A stretch of DNA of 64,000 nt from the NCBI GenBank assembly GCA_049967475.1, contig JBMFSQ010000002.1, positions 1 to 64,000 on the forward strand. Reading direction: 5' to 3'. The translations under genes were made by a program, and so were the position numbers. Under the pieces are notes generated by a model. It ran no database searches. It was not told where the DNA came from and saw nothing but the letters and a program-made list of their open reading frames with translations. Origin of the DNA: Chthonomonadales bacterium. Its GTDB lineage: Bacteria; Armatimonadota; Chthonomonadetes; Chthonomonadales; CAJBBX01. Positions 1 to 9,200 of the stretch are shown in pieces; positions within the stretch are counted from its first letter, which is position 1; each line of letters begins with the position of its first letter.

Positions 1-2
1 GG

Positions 3-52
3 TCCCCGCGGGGGGGGAGGGCCGAGGTGGGGGGGGTCCCTGCCCGCGGGGA
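3..52. repeat. REP-like GC-rich palindromic element, copy 1 (downstream of serA)
   Basis: tccccgcggg (3-12) is the reverse complement of cccgcgggga (43-52). The core ggggagggccgaggtggggggggtccctgcccgc resembles 1890-1922. Confidence 0.5.
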
Positions 53-71
53 GACAGGCACGATACGGGCT

Positions 72-1670
72 TCACAGGTGCACAAGCTGTGCCTTCTCCA
101 TTCCTGGAACCGCCCGTATCTCCGCCATCAAATCAGGTGAAATCGGATCGTCCACCATCAGCACCATCAGCGCCCTGCCGCCCACCTTTTCGCGGCCTAC
201 GTTCATACCCGCGATGTTCACGCCCCGGTTTCCCAAAAGGGTGCCGACGGCGCCGATTACGCCGGGCCGATCGGTGTGTTGGGTGAGAACCATGGTGCCT
301 TCCGGAACGATATCCACGTGATAGCCGTCAATGTGCACGATGCGCAGATCGCTCTTCCCGAACACCGTGCCGCAAATGGTACGCGTACCCGCAGCGGTGC
401 GTGCCCGAACCGTGAGCATGGCATTGTACTCACCCGAGGTGGAGCTGTGGGCTTCCGTAACCTTGAGCCCCCGCGATGCAGCAAGAACGGGAGCGTTCAC
501 GAGGTTCACCGGATCGGACAGTACGGGAGCCAGGATGCCTGCAAGCACCGCCCGGGTGACAGGACCGGTGGGCATTGCCCCGAAGTCGCCCTGGAAAAGC
601 ACCTCCACTTCTTCGATGGGGCGCCCGGCACCGTTCAATTCCCTCGCTAGCTGCGTATGGAGGCTCCCGATCTTCTCACCTAAGGCCAGGTAGGGCCCAA
701 CGAGCGCCATGGCCTCGGGGGAGAGCGCCGGCATATTGACGGCTGCCCGGGCAGGCCGGCCGGCCAGCACATCCGCGATCTGCTCGGCGATGTCTATGGC
801 TACGTTCTCCTGGGCTTCTGCGGTGGATGCCCCGAGGTGGGGCGTCAGCACGTTCTGGGGGAGAGTTAACAACGGATTGTCCGGCGCAATAGGCTCTTTG
901 GCAAACACATCCAGCGCTGCGCCGGCTACCCTGCCTGAGCGGATTGCATCGGCCAGGGCGTTTTCGTCAATCAGGCCGCCGCGGGCACAGTTGATGATGC
1001 GCACACCAGGTTTCATTTTGGCGAGTTGCTCTGCTCCGATCATGCCGCGCGTCTCATCGTTCAGCGGAACATGGAGGGTGATGAAATCACTCTGAGCGTA
1101 GATCTCCTCCAAAGACACGAGCGTCGCCCCGATCTCCGAAGCCTTGTGCTCGTTGGCGTAGGGGTCATACGCGATCACGCTCATCTCGAAGGCGCGCGCG
1201 CGCCGTGCCACCTCGCCCCCGATCTTGCCCAAGCCGATTACGCCCAGCGTCTTGCCGTAGAGTTCCGCGCCGAGGAACTTCTTGCGCTCCCAGCGGCCAG
1301 CACGCACACTGGCGTCCGCTTGGGGGATGCGCCGCGCCAAGGCAAGGATCATGGCGATGGTGAGCTCAGCGGCTGCAATGGTATTCCCCTCCGGCGAGTT
1401 GACCACCAGGATGCCCCTCTCGGTGGCTGCACGCACATCTATGTTGTCTACACCTACGCCGGCTCGGCCGATGATCTTGAGGCGGTTAGCTGCTTGGATG
1501 ATGCGCGCAGTAACCTTCGTCTCGCTGCGTACAGCTAGGGCATCATACTCGCCGATGATGGCCTCCAGCTCCTCGGGTTTCAGGCCCGTTTTGACATCCA
1601 CCTCCGCCACCCGGCGCAAACGGTTGATGCCCGCCTCCGCAATGGGGTCGCTCACAAGTACTCGAGGCAT
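72..1670 (-). CDS. serA: D-3-phosphoglycerate dehydrogenase (type I, ASB + ACT domains)
   Basis: GRAGVGVDNID, GLGKIG Rossmann motif, INCARGGL, LTPHLGAST, C-terminal ACT (DRPGVIGAVG). ATG at 1670 with AGGAG RBS preferred over the ORF-track start at 1736. Confidence 0.96.
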   Translation of the reverse strand: MPRVLVSDPIAEAGINRLRRVAEVDVKTGLKPEELEAIIGEYDALAVRSETKVTARIIQAANRLKIIGRAGVGVDNIDVRAATERGILVVNSPEGNTIAAAELTIAMILALARRIPQADASVRAGRWERKKFLGAELYGKTLGVIGLGKIGGEVARRARAFEMSVIAYDPYANEHKASEIGATLVSLEEIYAQSDFITLHVPLNDETRGMIGAEQLAKMKPGVRIINCARGGLIDENALADAIRSGRVAGAALDVFAKEPIAPDNPLLTLPQNVLTPHLGASTAEAQENVAIDIAEQIADVLAGRPARAAVNMPALSPEAMALVGPYLALGEKIGSLHTQLARELNGAGRPIEEVEVLFQGDFGAMPTGPVTRAVLAGILAPVLSDPVNLVNAPVLAASRGLKVTEAHSSTSGEYNAMLTVRARTAAGTRTICGTVFGKSDLRIVHIDGYHVDIVPEGTMVLTQHTDRPGVIGAVGTLLGNRGVNIAGMNVGREKVGGRALMVLMVDDPISPDLMAEIRAVPGMEKAQLVHL

Positions 1671-1770
1671 TTGGTATCCGCTCCTCGGGGGTGCAGAGCC
1701 CGCGCACGTCAGTCGTGCCGTGGGTCCGCCGCACACCGTCTACCGCGATCCTAACGCGTGTTGTGGCCAA

Positions 1771-1800
1771 AGGATACTCCACGTAAACGACGGCGGTCAA
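1771..1800 (-). promoter_or_regulatory. Putative sigma70 promoter for serA
   Basis: Minus strand TTGACC-18 nt-TATCCT about 100 nt upstream of the serA start. Confidence 0.4.
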
Positions 1801-1873
1801 CCGGCATTCGTGCCGATCTCCACTGCGTTCCCACTAATAGATCCGAACCCCCCCGTGGACGGGGGAGGAACAG

Positions 1874-1922
1874 CCCCCTCCCCGCCCGCGGGGAGGGCCG
1901 GGTTGGGGGCCTCCCTGCCCGC
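1874..1922. repeat. REP-like GC-rich palindromic element, copy 2
   Basis: Hairpin ccctccccgc/gcggggaggg (1876-1897) followed by ccgggttggggg. Resembles the widespread CCCTCTCCC...GGGAGAGGGnnGGGGTGAGGG intergenic repeat and copy 1 at the window start. Confidence 0.55.
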
Positions 1923-2019
1923 AAGTCTTTGCAGGAACATGCGCGCGATCCCCCGAAGTTACTGCCATACGCATCGAGAGGCTGCGAGCGTGCTTCTACC
2001 GATCTTAGGAGTTGCGGCG

Positions 2020-4305
2020 ATGTTGAGCGATCTGCCCTCGGGTCCTGCACCAGAGCCCGTCCCCCTGCGGTTCTTTCCAGATCGCCTTCACGCGTTTGTG
2101 TTTCGCAATTGGCAGCTCGTACCGGCAGGAAAATTGGCCCAGGTAATCGGAGCCACCAAGCAACAGGTCCTGCACCTGGGAAAAGCCATGGGCCTCGCCG
2201 GACCACCGCCCATCACCCGGGACCAATTCCGCCGATCCTACGTCACGATCATCCGGCGCAACTGGCACCTGCTTCCGTACGACCAGCTTCGAAAGCTCCT
2301 AGGATGGGACGAAGCGCGCCTGGCCTACACTCTGCGCGAAGACGACTTCCTCTTCATCAAATTGGGGAGTCTCAAACCCAGATGCGAGCCCATCGTCTAC
2401 CAAGATCCTGATGCAGCCGCCAAACACCGGGAAGCGGAAATCGCACGCATCCTTCACGACACACTGGGGGAAGGCGTGGGAAGACTGCCAAAGCCCCTCT
2501 TTGGCTTCGTGCGGCAGTTGTCCGAACCGTCGCCGAAGCCGCAGCGCCAGCTCCTGGAGCGGCGGGAGGAGCCCCTGCGCCTCTGCTACTCGTACTTCGC
2601 CCTTTACGGCGATCCCCTCATGGAGCCGGGATTGGATCCTTACCCGGAGGGATATCTGGAGCGCCTGGCTGCCGTAGGGGTGAACGCCATATGGCTCCAG
2701 GGCGTGCTCTATAAACTGGCGCCGTTCCCTTGGTCTCCGGATCTCAGCGACGGATACCCACAGAGGTTGAAGAGGTTGGCGGCCCTCGTACGGCGTGCCC
2801 GCCGACACGGCATCCGGGTATACCTCTACCTCAATGAGCCTCGGGCGATGCCTGCTTCTTTCTTCCAGGCCCACCCGCAATTGAAGGGTACGGTGGAGGG
2901 CGATCATGCCGCCCTTTGTGTCAGTGTGCCCGAGGTTTCTAGATACCTGACCGATAGTGTCGCCTCGATCTGCCGGGCAGTGCCCGACCTGGGCGGCTTC
3001 TTCACCATCACGGCCTCCGAGAATCTCACCAATTGCTATTCTCACGGAAATGCATCCACCTGTCCCCGGTGCAGCAAGCGGGAGCCGTGGGATGTGATCG
3101 CATCAGTGAACCAGGCGATTTATCAGGGCATACGGAACGCCGGCGCCCGCGCGCGCCTCATCGTGTGGGATTGGGGTTGGCCCGATGCGTGGGCCCATGC
3201 CATCATCCAGCGCACTCCGCCCGAGTGCTCCCTCATGAGCGTGAGCGAGTGGTCTCTACCCATTGAAAGGGGCGGCGTGCGCAGTACGGTAGGCGAGTAC
3301 TCCCTCTCGGCCATCGGCCCAGGGCCCCGAGCGCTGCGTCATTGGGCATGGGCGCGTGAGGGATCCATGAGATGCGTCGCCAAGATCCAGGCAGCCAACA
3401 GTTGGGAGATCTCCTGTGTCCCCTATGTGCCGGTTCTTTATAACGTGGCGGAACACGTGGCGCGCATCCACAGCGCCGGCGTGGAAGATTTGATGCTGGG
3501 ATGGACCCTCGGAGGCTACCCCTCGCTGAACCTCAAAGTCGCCGCGCAAACTCCGGAGGAGGCTTCTAATTCGGAGGAAGCGGCACATGCCGTGCTCCAA
3601 GGCATCGCCCGGGAATACTTCGGTCCTGCATCCGAAAGCGTGGTGGAAGCATGGAAGGAATTCAGCACGGCATTCCAAGAATTCCCGTTCCATATCGAGG
3701 TCGTATACAAGGCTCCGTTGCAAGTAGGCGCTGCGAATCTTTTATGGGAAGCGCCTACCGGCTATCGCGCCACAATGAGTGGGTTTCCGTACGATGACCT
3801 TGCCGGTTGGCGCGCCGTCTATCCCCCCGAGATCTTCATCCAACAGCTAACGAAGGTCGCTTCCGGATTTGCATCGGCGGCGGAACATCTGGAGCGGGCT
3901 CTCAGCATCCACCGCAGTTCGCTAGACCCAGCTTCCCAGGAGCGCCTGAAAGAGCTCATCCGCATGGGAAGCGTCTGCGCCATTCAGATGGGTTCAGTAG
4001 CCCGGCAATCGCGCTTCATCGTCCTGCGCGACCGCTTGCTCAGCCACACAGCCGGCACCGAAACGGCAGGATTGTTGGCACAAATGGAGCAGATCCTGCG
4101 GGAGGAGATCACGGCTGCGATCAGGCTGTACCAAGCGCAAATCGAGGATCCCCGCATCGGGTTTGAGGCCACAAATCACTACTTCTTCATCCCGATGGAC
4201 CTGGCAGAAAAGATCCTGTGCTGCACCGATCTCCTCGAGCGGTGGATCCCGGCTATGCGGGCCAACTCCAGCCGCGCCCTATCGCGAGCCGCAGGCGGCC
4301 GGTAG
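2020..4305 (+). CDS. Conserved hypothetical protein, probable TIM-barrel/glycoside hydrolase-like fold
   Basis: Long ORF with coding-like composition; motifs GVNAIWLQG, GIRVYLYLNEP, ITASENLTNC..CPRC, IVWDWGW. ATG 2020 has an AGGAG RBS (GTG 1990 possible). The ORF-track extension to 1282 overlaps serA and is not real. Confidence 0.75.
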   Translation: MLSDLPSGPAPEPVPLRFFPDRLHAFVFRNWQLVPAGKLAQVIGATKQQVLHLGKAMGLAGPPPITRDQFRRSYVTIIRRNWHLLPYDQLRKLLGWDEARLAYTLREDDFLFIKLGSLKPRCEPIVYQDPDAAAKHREAEIARILHDTLGEGVGRLPKPLFGFVRQLSEPSPKPQRQLLERREEPLRLCYSYFALYGDPLMEPGLDPYPEGYLERLAAVGVNAIWLQGVLYKLAPFPWSPDLSDGYPQRLKRLAALVRRARRHGIRVYLYLNEPRAMPASFFQAHPQLKGTVEGDHAALCVSVPEVSRYLTDSVASICRAVPDLGGFFTITASENLTNCYSHGNASTCPRCSKREPWDVIASVNQAIYQGIRNAGARARLIVWDWGWPDAWAHAIIQRTPPECSLMSVSEWSLPIERGGVRSTVGEYSLSAIGPGPRALRHWAWAREGSMRCVAKIQAANSWEISCVPYVPVLYNVAEHVARIHSAGVEDLMLGWTLGGYPSLNLKVAAQTPEEASNSEEAAHAVLQGIAREYFGPASESVVEAWKEFSTAFQEFPFHIEVVYKAPLQVGAANLLWEAPTGYRATMSGFPYDDLAGWRAVYPPEIFIQQLTKVASGFASAAEHLERALSIHRSSLDPASQERLKELIRMGSVCAIQMGSVARQSRFIVLRDRLLSHTAGTETAGLLAQMEQILREEITAAIRLYQAQIEDPRIGFEATNHYFFIPMDLAEKILCCTDLLERWIPAMRANSSRALSRAAGGR

Positions 4306-4311
4306 AACGCA

Positions 4312-5046
4312 TTACGACACCTCGAATAAGCCGTCTGCCAGCCCTTGGTTGATCCTAAGATCGCTGTATTGCGTGACGGCAGCGAGAGCACCTTCCCCGT
4401 TGAGGATCTCCACGCGCGTGGGAAACCAGAGCCCATCCTGGACTTCCTTCACATCCTTATAGAGGAACGTGGCCTTCAGTTTGCCGTCACCATCGAACCA
4501 TTGGCGCTTTCGCACTACGCGCGTGCGAGGGTCCACCCAAAGCACATATTTCAGGCGGCTGTCCCCGCGGAAGGTGAGCTCGAACACGTTCGTTGCGACG
4601 CCGGCGACGTCTTCATCGCGAAGATATTTCGAGTGGATGAAGGGAAGGTCGCTCCGCGCCACGAGTCCTAGATCCAGCAGGGAATATCGGCGCCCCGGTG
4701 CTTCACCCAATTCATCGCGTTTGCGGAAATGGAGCCGCGGGATGGCCAAGGTGCGCGTGGATCCGTTCACCACGTACTCGGCCGGAGTGTCGCCGATGCG
4801 TCCCTCCATGCGGAGCTTGTCGGGCTGCTTGTAACGCATCACCACATCGCGGAGCCGGTATGCGAACCCGAAATCTCGGTTGATCTTGGCGAGTTCCGTT
4901 TGGTCTGCTTTGACTACTGTGACGGATGCTTGCAAGTCGTGCAAATCATCGGTGGCCAAAGCCTCCAGAGAGGGCTTGCCGCCCGCCCACGCCGATGGCG
5001 CAAACGCCAGCACGACCCCCATCATTGCTGCAATGCCGATCCTCAC
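4312..5046 (-). CDS. LolA-like outer-membrane lipoprotein-sorting/carrier protein
   Basis: Signal peptide (APSAWA), YKQPDKLRME, LWVDPRTRVVRKRQ, WFPTRVEI, YSDLRINQGLADGLF. GTG start with GAAGGAG RBS. Confidence 0.75.
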   Translation of the reverse strand: MRIGIAAMMGVVLAFAPSAWAGGKPSLEALATDDLHDLQASVTVVKADQTELAKINRDFGFAYRLRDVVMRYKQPDKLRMEGRIGDTPAEYVVNGSTRTLAIPRLHFRKRDELGEAPGRRYSLLDLGLVARSDLPFIHSKYLRDEDVAGVATNVFELTFRGDSRLKYVLWVDPRTRVVRKRQWFDGDGKLKATFLYKDVKEVQDGLWFPTRVEILNGEGALAAVTQYSDLRINQGLADGLFEVS

Positions 5047-5106
5047 CTGCAGGCTCCTTCCATGCGGTGTCCCCCGGCTTACTGCACTCTTGCGGACACG
5101 GAAGGG

Positions 5107-5135
5107 AGTATATCCGGCACGCTTGCCCGTGTCAA
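5107..5135 (-). promoter_or_regulatory. sigma70 promoter for the LolA-like gene
   Basis: Minus strand TTGACA-17 nt-TATACT, near consensus. Confidence 0.75.
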
Positions 5136-5150
5136 CAGGGGGATCATCCC

Positions 5151-5179
5151 TTGACGTGGAAGGGATCCTCCGGTACACT
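5151..5179 (+). promoter_or_regulatory. sigma70 promoter for lipA (possibly reading into the OM cluster)
   Basis: TTGACG-17 nt-TACACT. Confidence 0.7.
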
Positions 5180-5225
5180 TGTGTTCGGCGTTCAGAGGCA
5201 CTCTGCGCGCCACTCGGAGGTGGGA

Positions 5226-6104
5226 TTGAACCGAACGCTGCCTCAGTGGCTCACGAAGAAAGTCCCCAGCCCCCACACGGTGCGGCAGGTCGAAGAGATG
5301 ATGCGCACTGCACGCCTCCATACCGTGTGCGAAAGCGCGCGGTGCCCCAACCTCGGGGAGTGCTGGTCCCACCGCACTGCCACCTTCATGATCCTGGGCG
5401 ATATCTGCACGCGCAATTGTGGGTTCTGCGCCATCCGTGTAGGCCGCCCGTCTCCGCCTGATCCTGAGGAACCGGCCCGCGTCGCCGCCACGGCACGGGA
5501 AATGGGCCTCCGCCATATCGTGGTGACGTCGGTCGCCCGGGACGACTTGGAAGACGAGGGCGCAGGCCATTTTGCGGCTACAATCCGCGAGATACGCCGT
5601 GCGAGCCCCCAAGCCATCGTGGAAGTGCTTACCCCAGATTTCAAAGCGAAGCCGCATCTCATCCGCATGGTGACGGACGCAGGCCCTGACATCTACAATC
5701 ACAACATCGAGACCGTGGAACGTCTCTCCCCGCAAGTGCGGCCGCAGGCGAGATACCGCCGCACGCTAAAGGCGCTGGCCACTGTCAAAGAACTGGCTCC
5801 AAACATATACACCAAATCCGGCATCATGTTAGGATTGGGCGAGACGCGCGACGAGGTGATCCAAACATTGAGAGACCTGCGGGCTGCGGGGGTCCAGGCT
5901 GTCACCATCGGCCAATATCTGCGTCCCACCACACGCCATCTTCCGGTACAGGAATATGTACCCCCCGAGATCTTCGAAGAGTACGAGCGCATCGGGATGG
6001 ACATGGGCTTCCTGTTCGTGGCATCGGCGCCGTTTGTTCGGAGCAGTTATAATGCCATTGAGTTCTCGCGCCGCATCCTCGCCGAACGGCTGGCGGCGTC
6101 GTAA
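5226..6104 (+). CDS. lipA: Lipoyl synthase (radical SAM)
   Basis: CESARCPNLGEC (CX4CX5C), CTRNCGFC (CX3CX2C), YNHNIETV, TKSGIMLGLGE, VRSSY. TTG start at 5226 after a GGAGGT RBS. Confidence 0.96.
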   Translation: MNRTLPQWLTKKVPSPHTVRQVEEMMRTARLHTVCESARCPNLGECWSHRTATFMILGDICTRNCGFCAIRVGRPSPPDPEEPARVAATAREMGLRHIVVTSVARDDLEDEGAGHFAATIREIRRASPQAIVEVLTPDFKAKPHLIRMVTDAGPDIYNHNIETVERLSPQVRPQARYRRTLKALATVKELAPNIYTKSGIMLGLGETRDEVIQTLRDLRAAGVQAVTIGQYLRPTTRHLPVQEYVPPEIFEEYERIGMDMGFLFVASAPFVRSSYNAIEFSRRILAERLAAS

Positions 6105-6211
6105 CTTCGCTTCACGGCTGATCTTCTGAGCGACTCGGCATCATGCACCGTTGCGGGCGTATAAGGAAGGACCGGCTCCCAGAGTGACGGTGCAGTTGGC
6201 GTAAGGGTTGT

Positions 6212-9200
6212 GTGATGCGCACATTGCGGCGCCTGGTCTCCACGTTGCTGTTCCTGGTTCCACTCATGGCGGTGGCTGTACTCGCCGCACTTTCCTTGAA
6301 GCGCTATCTTGGGCTGGCGCAGGAACATCTGCCGCCGATCGTTGCTGAGGAAGTGCGCAAGATTACTGGCCACGAGGTGTCCATTGGGAGGATTAGGATA
6401 CAGCCGGGCGCCGCCCGCATCTACGATGTGCGGATGGCCCGCTCGGCTACATTCCGGCAGAGCCGCGGGGACACGCTGGCAACCGCTCGGGAGGTGATCC
6501 TCGATCTTGATTTTCGCCGCCTCATTGTGGAAAAGAACCCTGCGGTGCCCCTATTCCAACAGATGGAAGTGCGGGATCCCACGGCGTATATGCGGCGCAG
6601 CCCCCGCGGTGCATTCAACTTCATGGACCTTTTTGCAAAGGCCGGCAAGCCGCCGCCTCGCCCGATCTTCGGCACCATCATCTTCTCGGGCGGCGTCATT
6701 ACCTTTGACGATGCCGGGGGATTCCACAATCCGGGCCGTTCCCCGCTTCCTTTCCATGCCCTCTTCCGCGATCTCAACGGCCATGTAGATTTCTTTCCGG
6801 ACCATTCCATCGCCTGGGCCGCACGAGCAAGGGAAACGACCGGGCAGGCCGGGAATGTGGTCGTGACGGGAAGCTATGTACCAGGCCGGGAAGACGTCTT
6901 CTTCCGCATCACGGCAGACCGCGTGTCCACCGATATCGTCAAGAACCTCATGCCCCCTGCCATCAATGTCTGGGGTGGGGATCTTGCGGGCGATGTGTCC
7001 ATTTACCGCCGCCTGGATGCACGCAAGCGCGAGCACTTCGATATCCAGGCCAATGCTTCCGTCCAAGCAGCATCCGCGCAGGTGCGGGGTCTATCCGAAC
7101 CGATAAGAAATATCTCGGGCGCAGTTGCCTTCACCTACCCCGCGCTCTACTGGAACCTGGACGCATCCCTGGCTGGAACGGCCCTCCACTCAGATGCAGC
7201 CCTGTTGGACATCAACAAGCCCGTGTTGCGCGGAACGATGCGGGCACACCAACTGCGCCTGGCCGGCCTCCTTCGGGCTCTTGGGATGCAGACACGGTTT
7301 GCGGCTCTCAAAAGGATGGACGCCACGGGTGACGCGAATGTGGCGTTCGCCGGACCTCTGGACCGCCTCTTTGTGACAGCCTCCGGCCCGGTGCGCTTTC
7401 GCGGTGCGCTCCCCGGCGGCGTAGAGATTCCATCCGAAGCCCGTGCACGGTATGCCTTTTCCGGCAGCGTGCAGCGCCCGTTTGCGCAGATCTCCGGCTC
7501 AATCCCCGCCGTGAAGGTGCGCGGAGTAGTTCTGCGCAATGCCTCGTTCTCGGCATACACAAACGGCGACGCTACGTCCGGGCGCCTCCAGGCTTCCGCC
7601 GGAGGAGGCTACGTGGGAGCCCTGGCCCGCATCCTACGATCTGGGCCGACGTTCCGGTACCGCGTGTTCGCCAGATTGCGCGACGTGGAACTCCACGGCA
7701 TCCCGGTGCTTCCCGAAACCCGCTTGGCAGGAGTACTCTCGGCGGATGTCTCTCTCAATGGAACCGGTCGGTCGTCTTTCCCGAGCGGGAGCGCGAATGT
7801 ACAGGTTTCGGACCTAAACCTTAACAGCATTCGTGCCAGGAACGTATCCGCCTCCATCATATCCCAAAATGGCGTCCTCACCCTTCGCCCGCTCGTGATC
7901 CGTGACCCGGCAGGCATCGTGGTTGCGTCGGGAACCGTTAGCCCCAGTCGCCATGCTTTAGACCTCCGTGTGGACGGCGACGATCTCGCTTTGGCAGATC
8001 TTCCTCTGCCCGAACAGGTGCGCCGCGCGGCATTGAAGGGCACCGTATACGTGCGCGACGCTCATATATACGGTGATTGGAACAATCCCTCGCTGGCCGG
8101 AACCGCACGAGGATACGATATTGCCGTGGGCCAACACGTACGCCTCGATTACGCAACGGTGCGTGCCGAAGGCAATCTCCGTGAACTCAACTTGTCCGAG
8201 GGCCAGGTTTGGCGGTTCCCGGGTTTCGCCGCACTGTCCGGAACTGTGCGGGACATCCTCAGTCCTCGGGCACAGATAGACGTGGCCGGAACCTTTGACC
8301 GGATAGACCTTGAGGATTTGGTGCGGATGGCCGGTGCAGACGTACAGGCATCCGGAACAGCCCAAGGAGACTTTGCCGTCGAAGGGTATCTGTCACGGCC
8401 AATTATCGTAGCCAACAATCTGCAGATACAGGCGCCCACCCTTGGCGCCTACACCTTTGAAAACCTTTCAGCCGACGTCACCGCAGATTTTACCCAGAGC
8501 CCCGGCATCCTCACGGCAGGGCACTTCGATCTCGGCTATCGAGATCCTTCTGCGCCGGAACAGGCGATCACCCACATCACCGGCAACGCCCAGATCACTA
8601 CCGACCGCCGCTTCAGCGCAAGAGCCGCCGTAGACCGCATGGATCTTGGCCTTCTCACACCCCTCGCGCAACCATACGCCGAGCTTTCGGGCTTCGCCTC
8701 GGTAGACGCCGAAGTGTCCGGCAGGATGCTGCAAGCTGGGGGCTACGAGTTCAAGGGCAAGGCAGCGACCCTAACCCAGGATCTCAAGATCAACAACGAG
8801 CCATTCCCCGATTTTGCTGCCTCTCTAGCCTTCAATCAGGACGGGCTTGAAGGAACGCTTCACCCTGTCGGCGGCTCGTTACGCCCGGATGCTACCGCAC
8901 CAGGCATCCATCTGGACCGCATCGCTGTAGACTATCCCCAGGGGAGCGGCAGCACGCCCTCCATCGGGGTGCAGGGAAGGGTGCGGGGAGTACTCTTCCA
9001 GACCATCCGATCCATCCTCCAACGGTCGCCGGCCTTTGCAGAGAAAGGACCCAATGCCTTTGCAGATTGGCTGCAGCGCATCGAGCATCCCTTCGGCGGA
9101 ACGCTCAATGCTGTGTTCGCAGTGGCCGGGCCTCCCTCCAACCCGGACGTTCACATGAAATGGTCTTCCGACCACCTTACCATAGACGATCAACCGGTAG

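Noticed and set aside
1690..1770. ZTP (pfl), glycine or T-box riboswitch upstream of serA
   Set aside because: Only a short CGACTGACG resemblance; the other conserved elements were not found.
1282..2019. N-terminal extension of the 1007-aa ORF
   Set aside because: It overlaps serA antisense, its promoter and the repeat; RBS-supported starts lie at 1990/2020.
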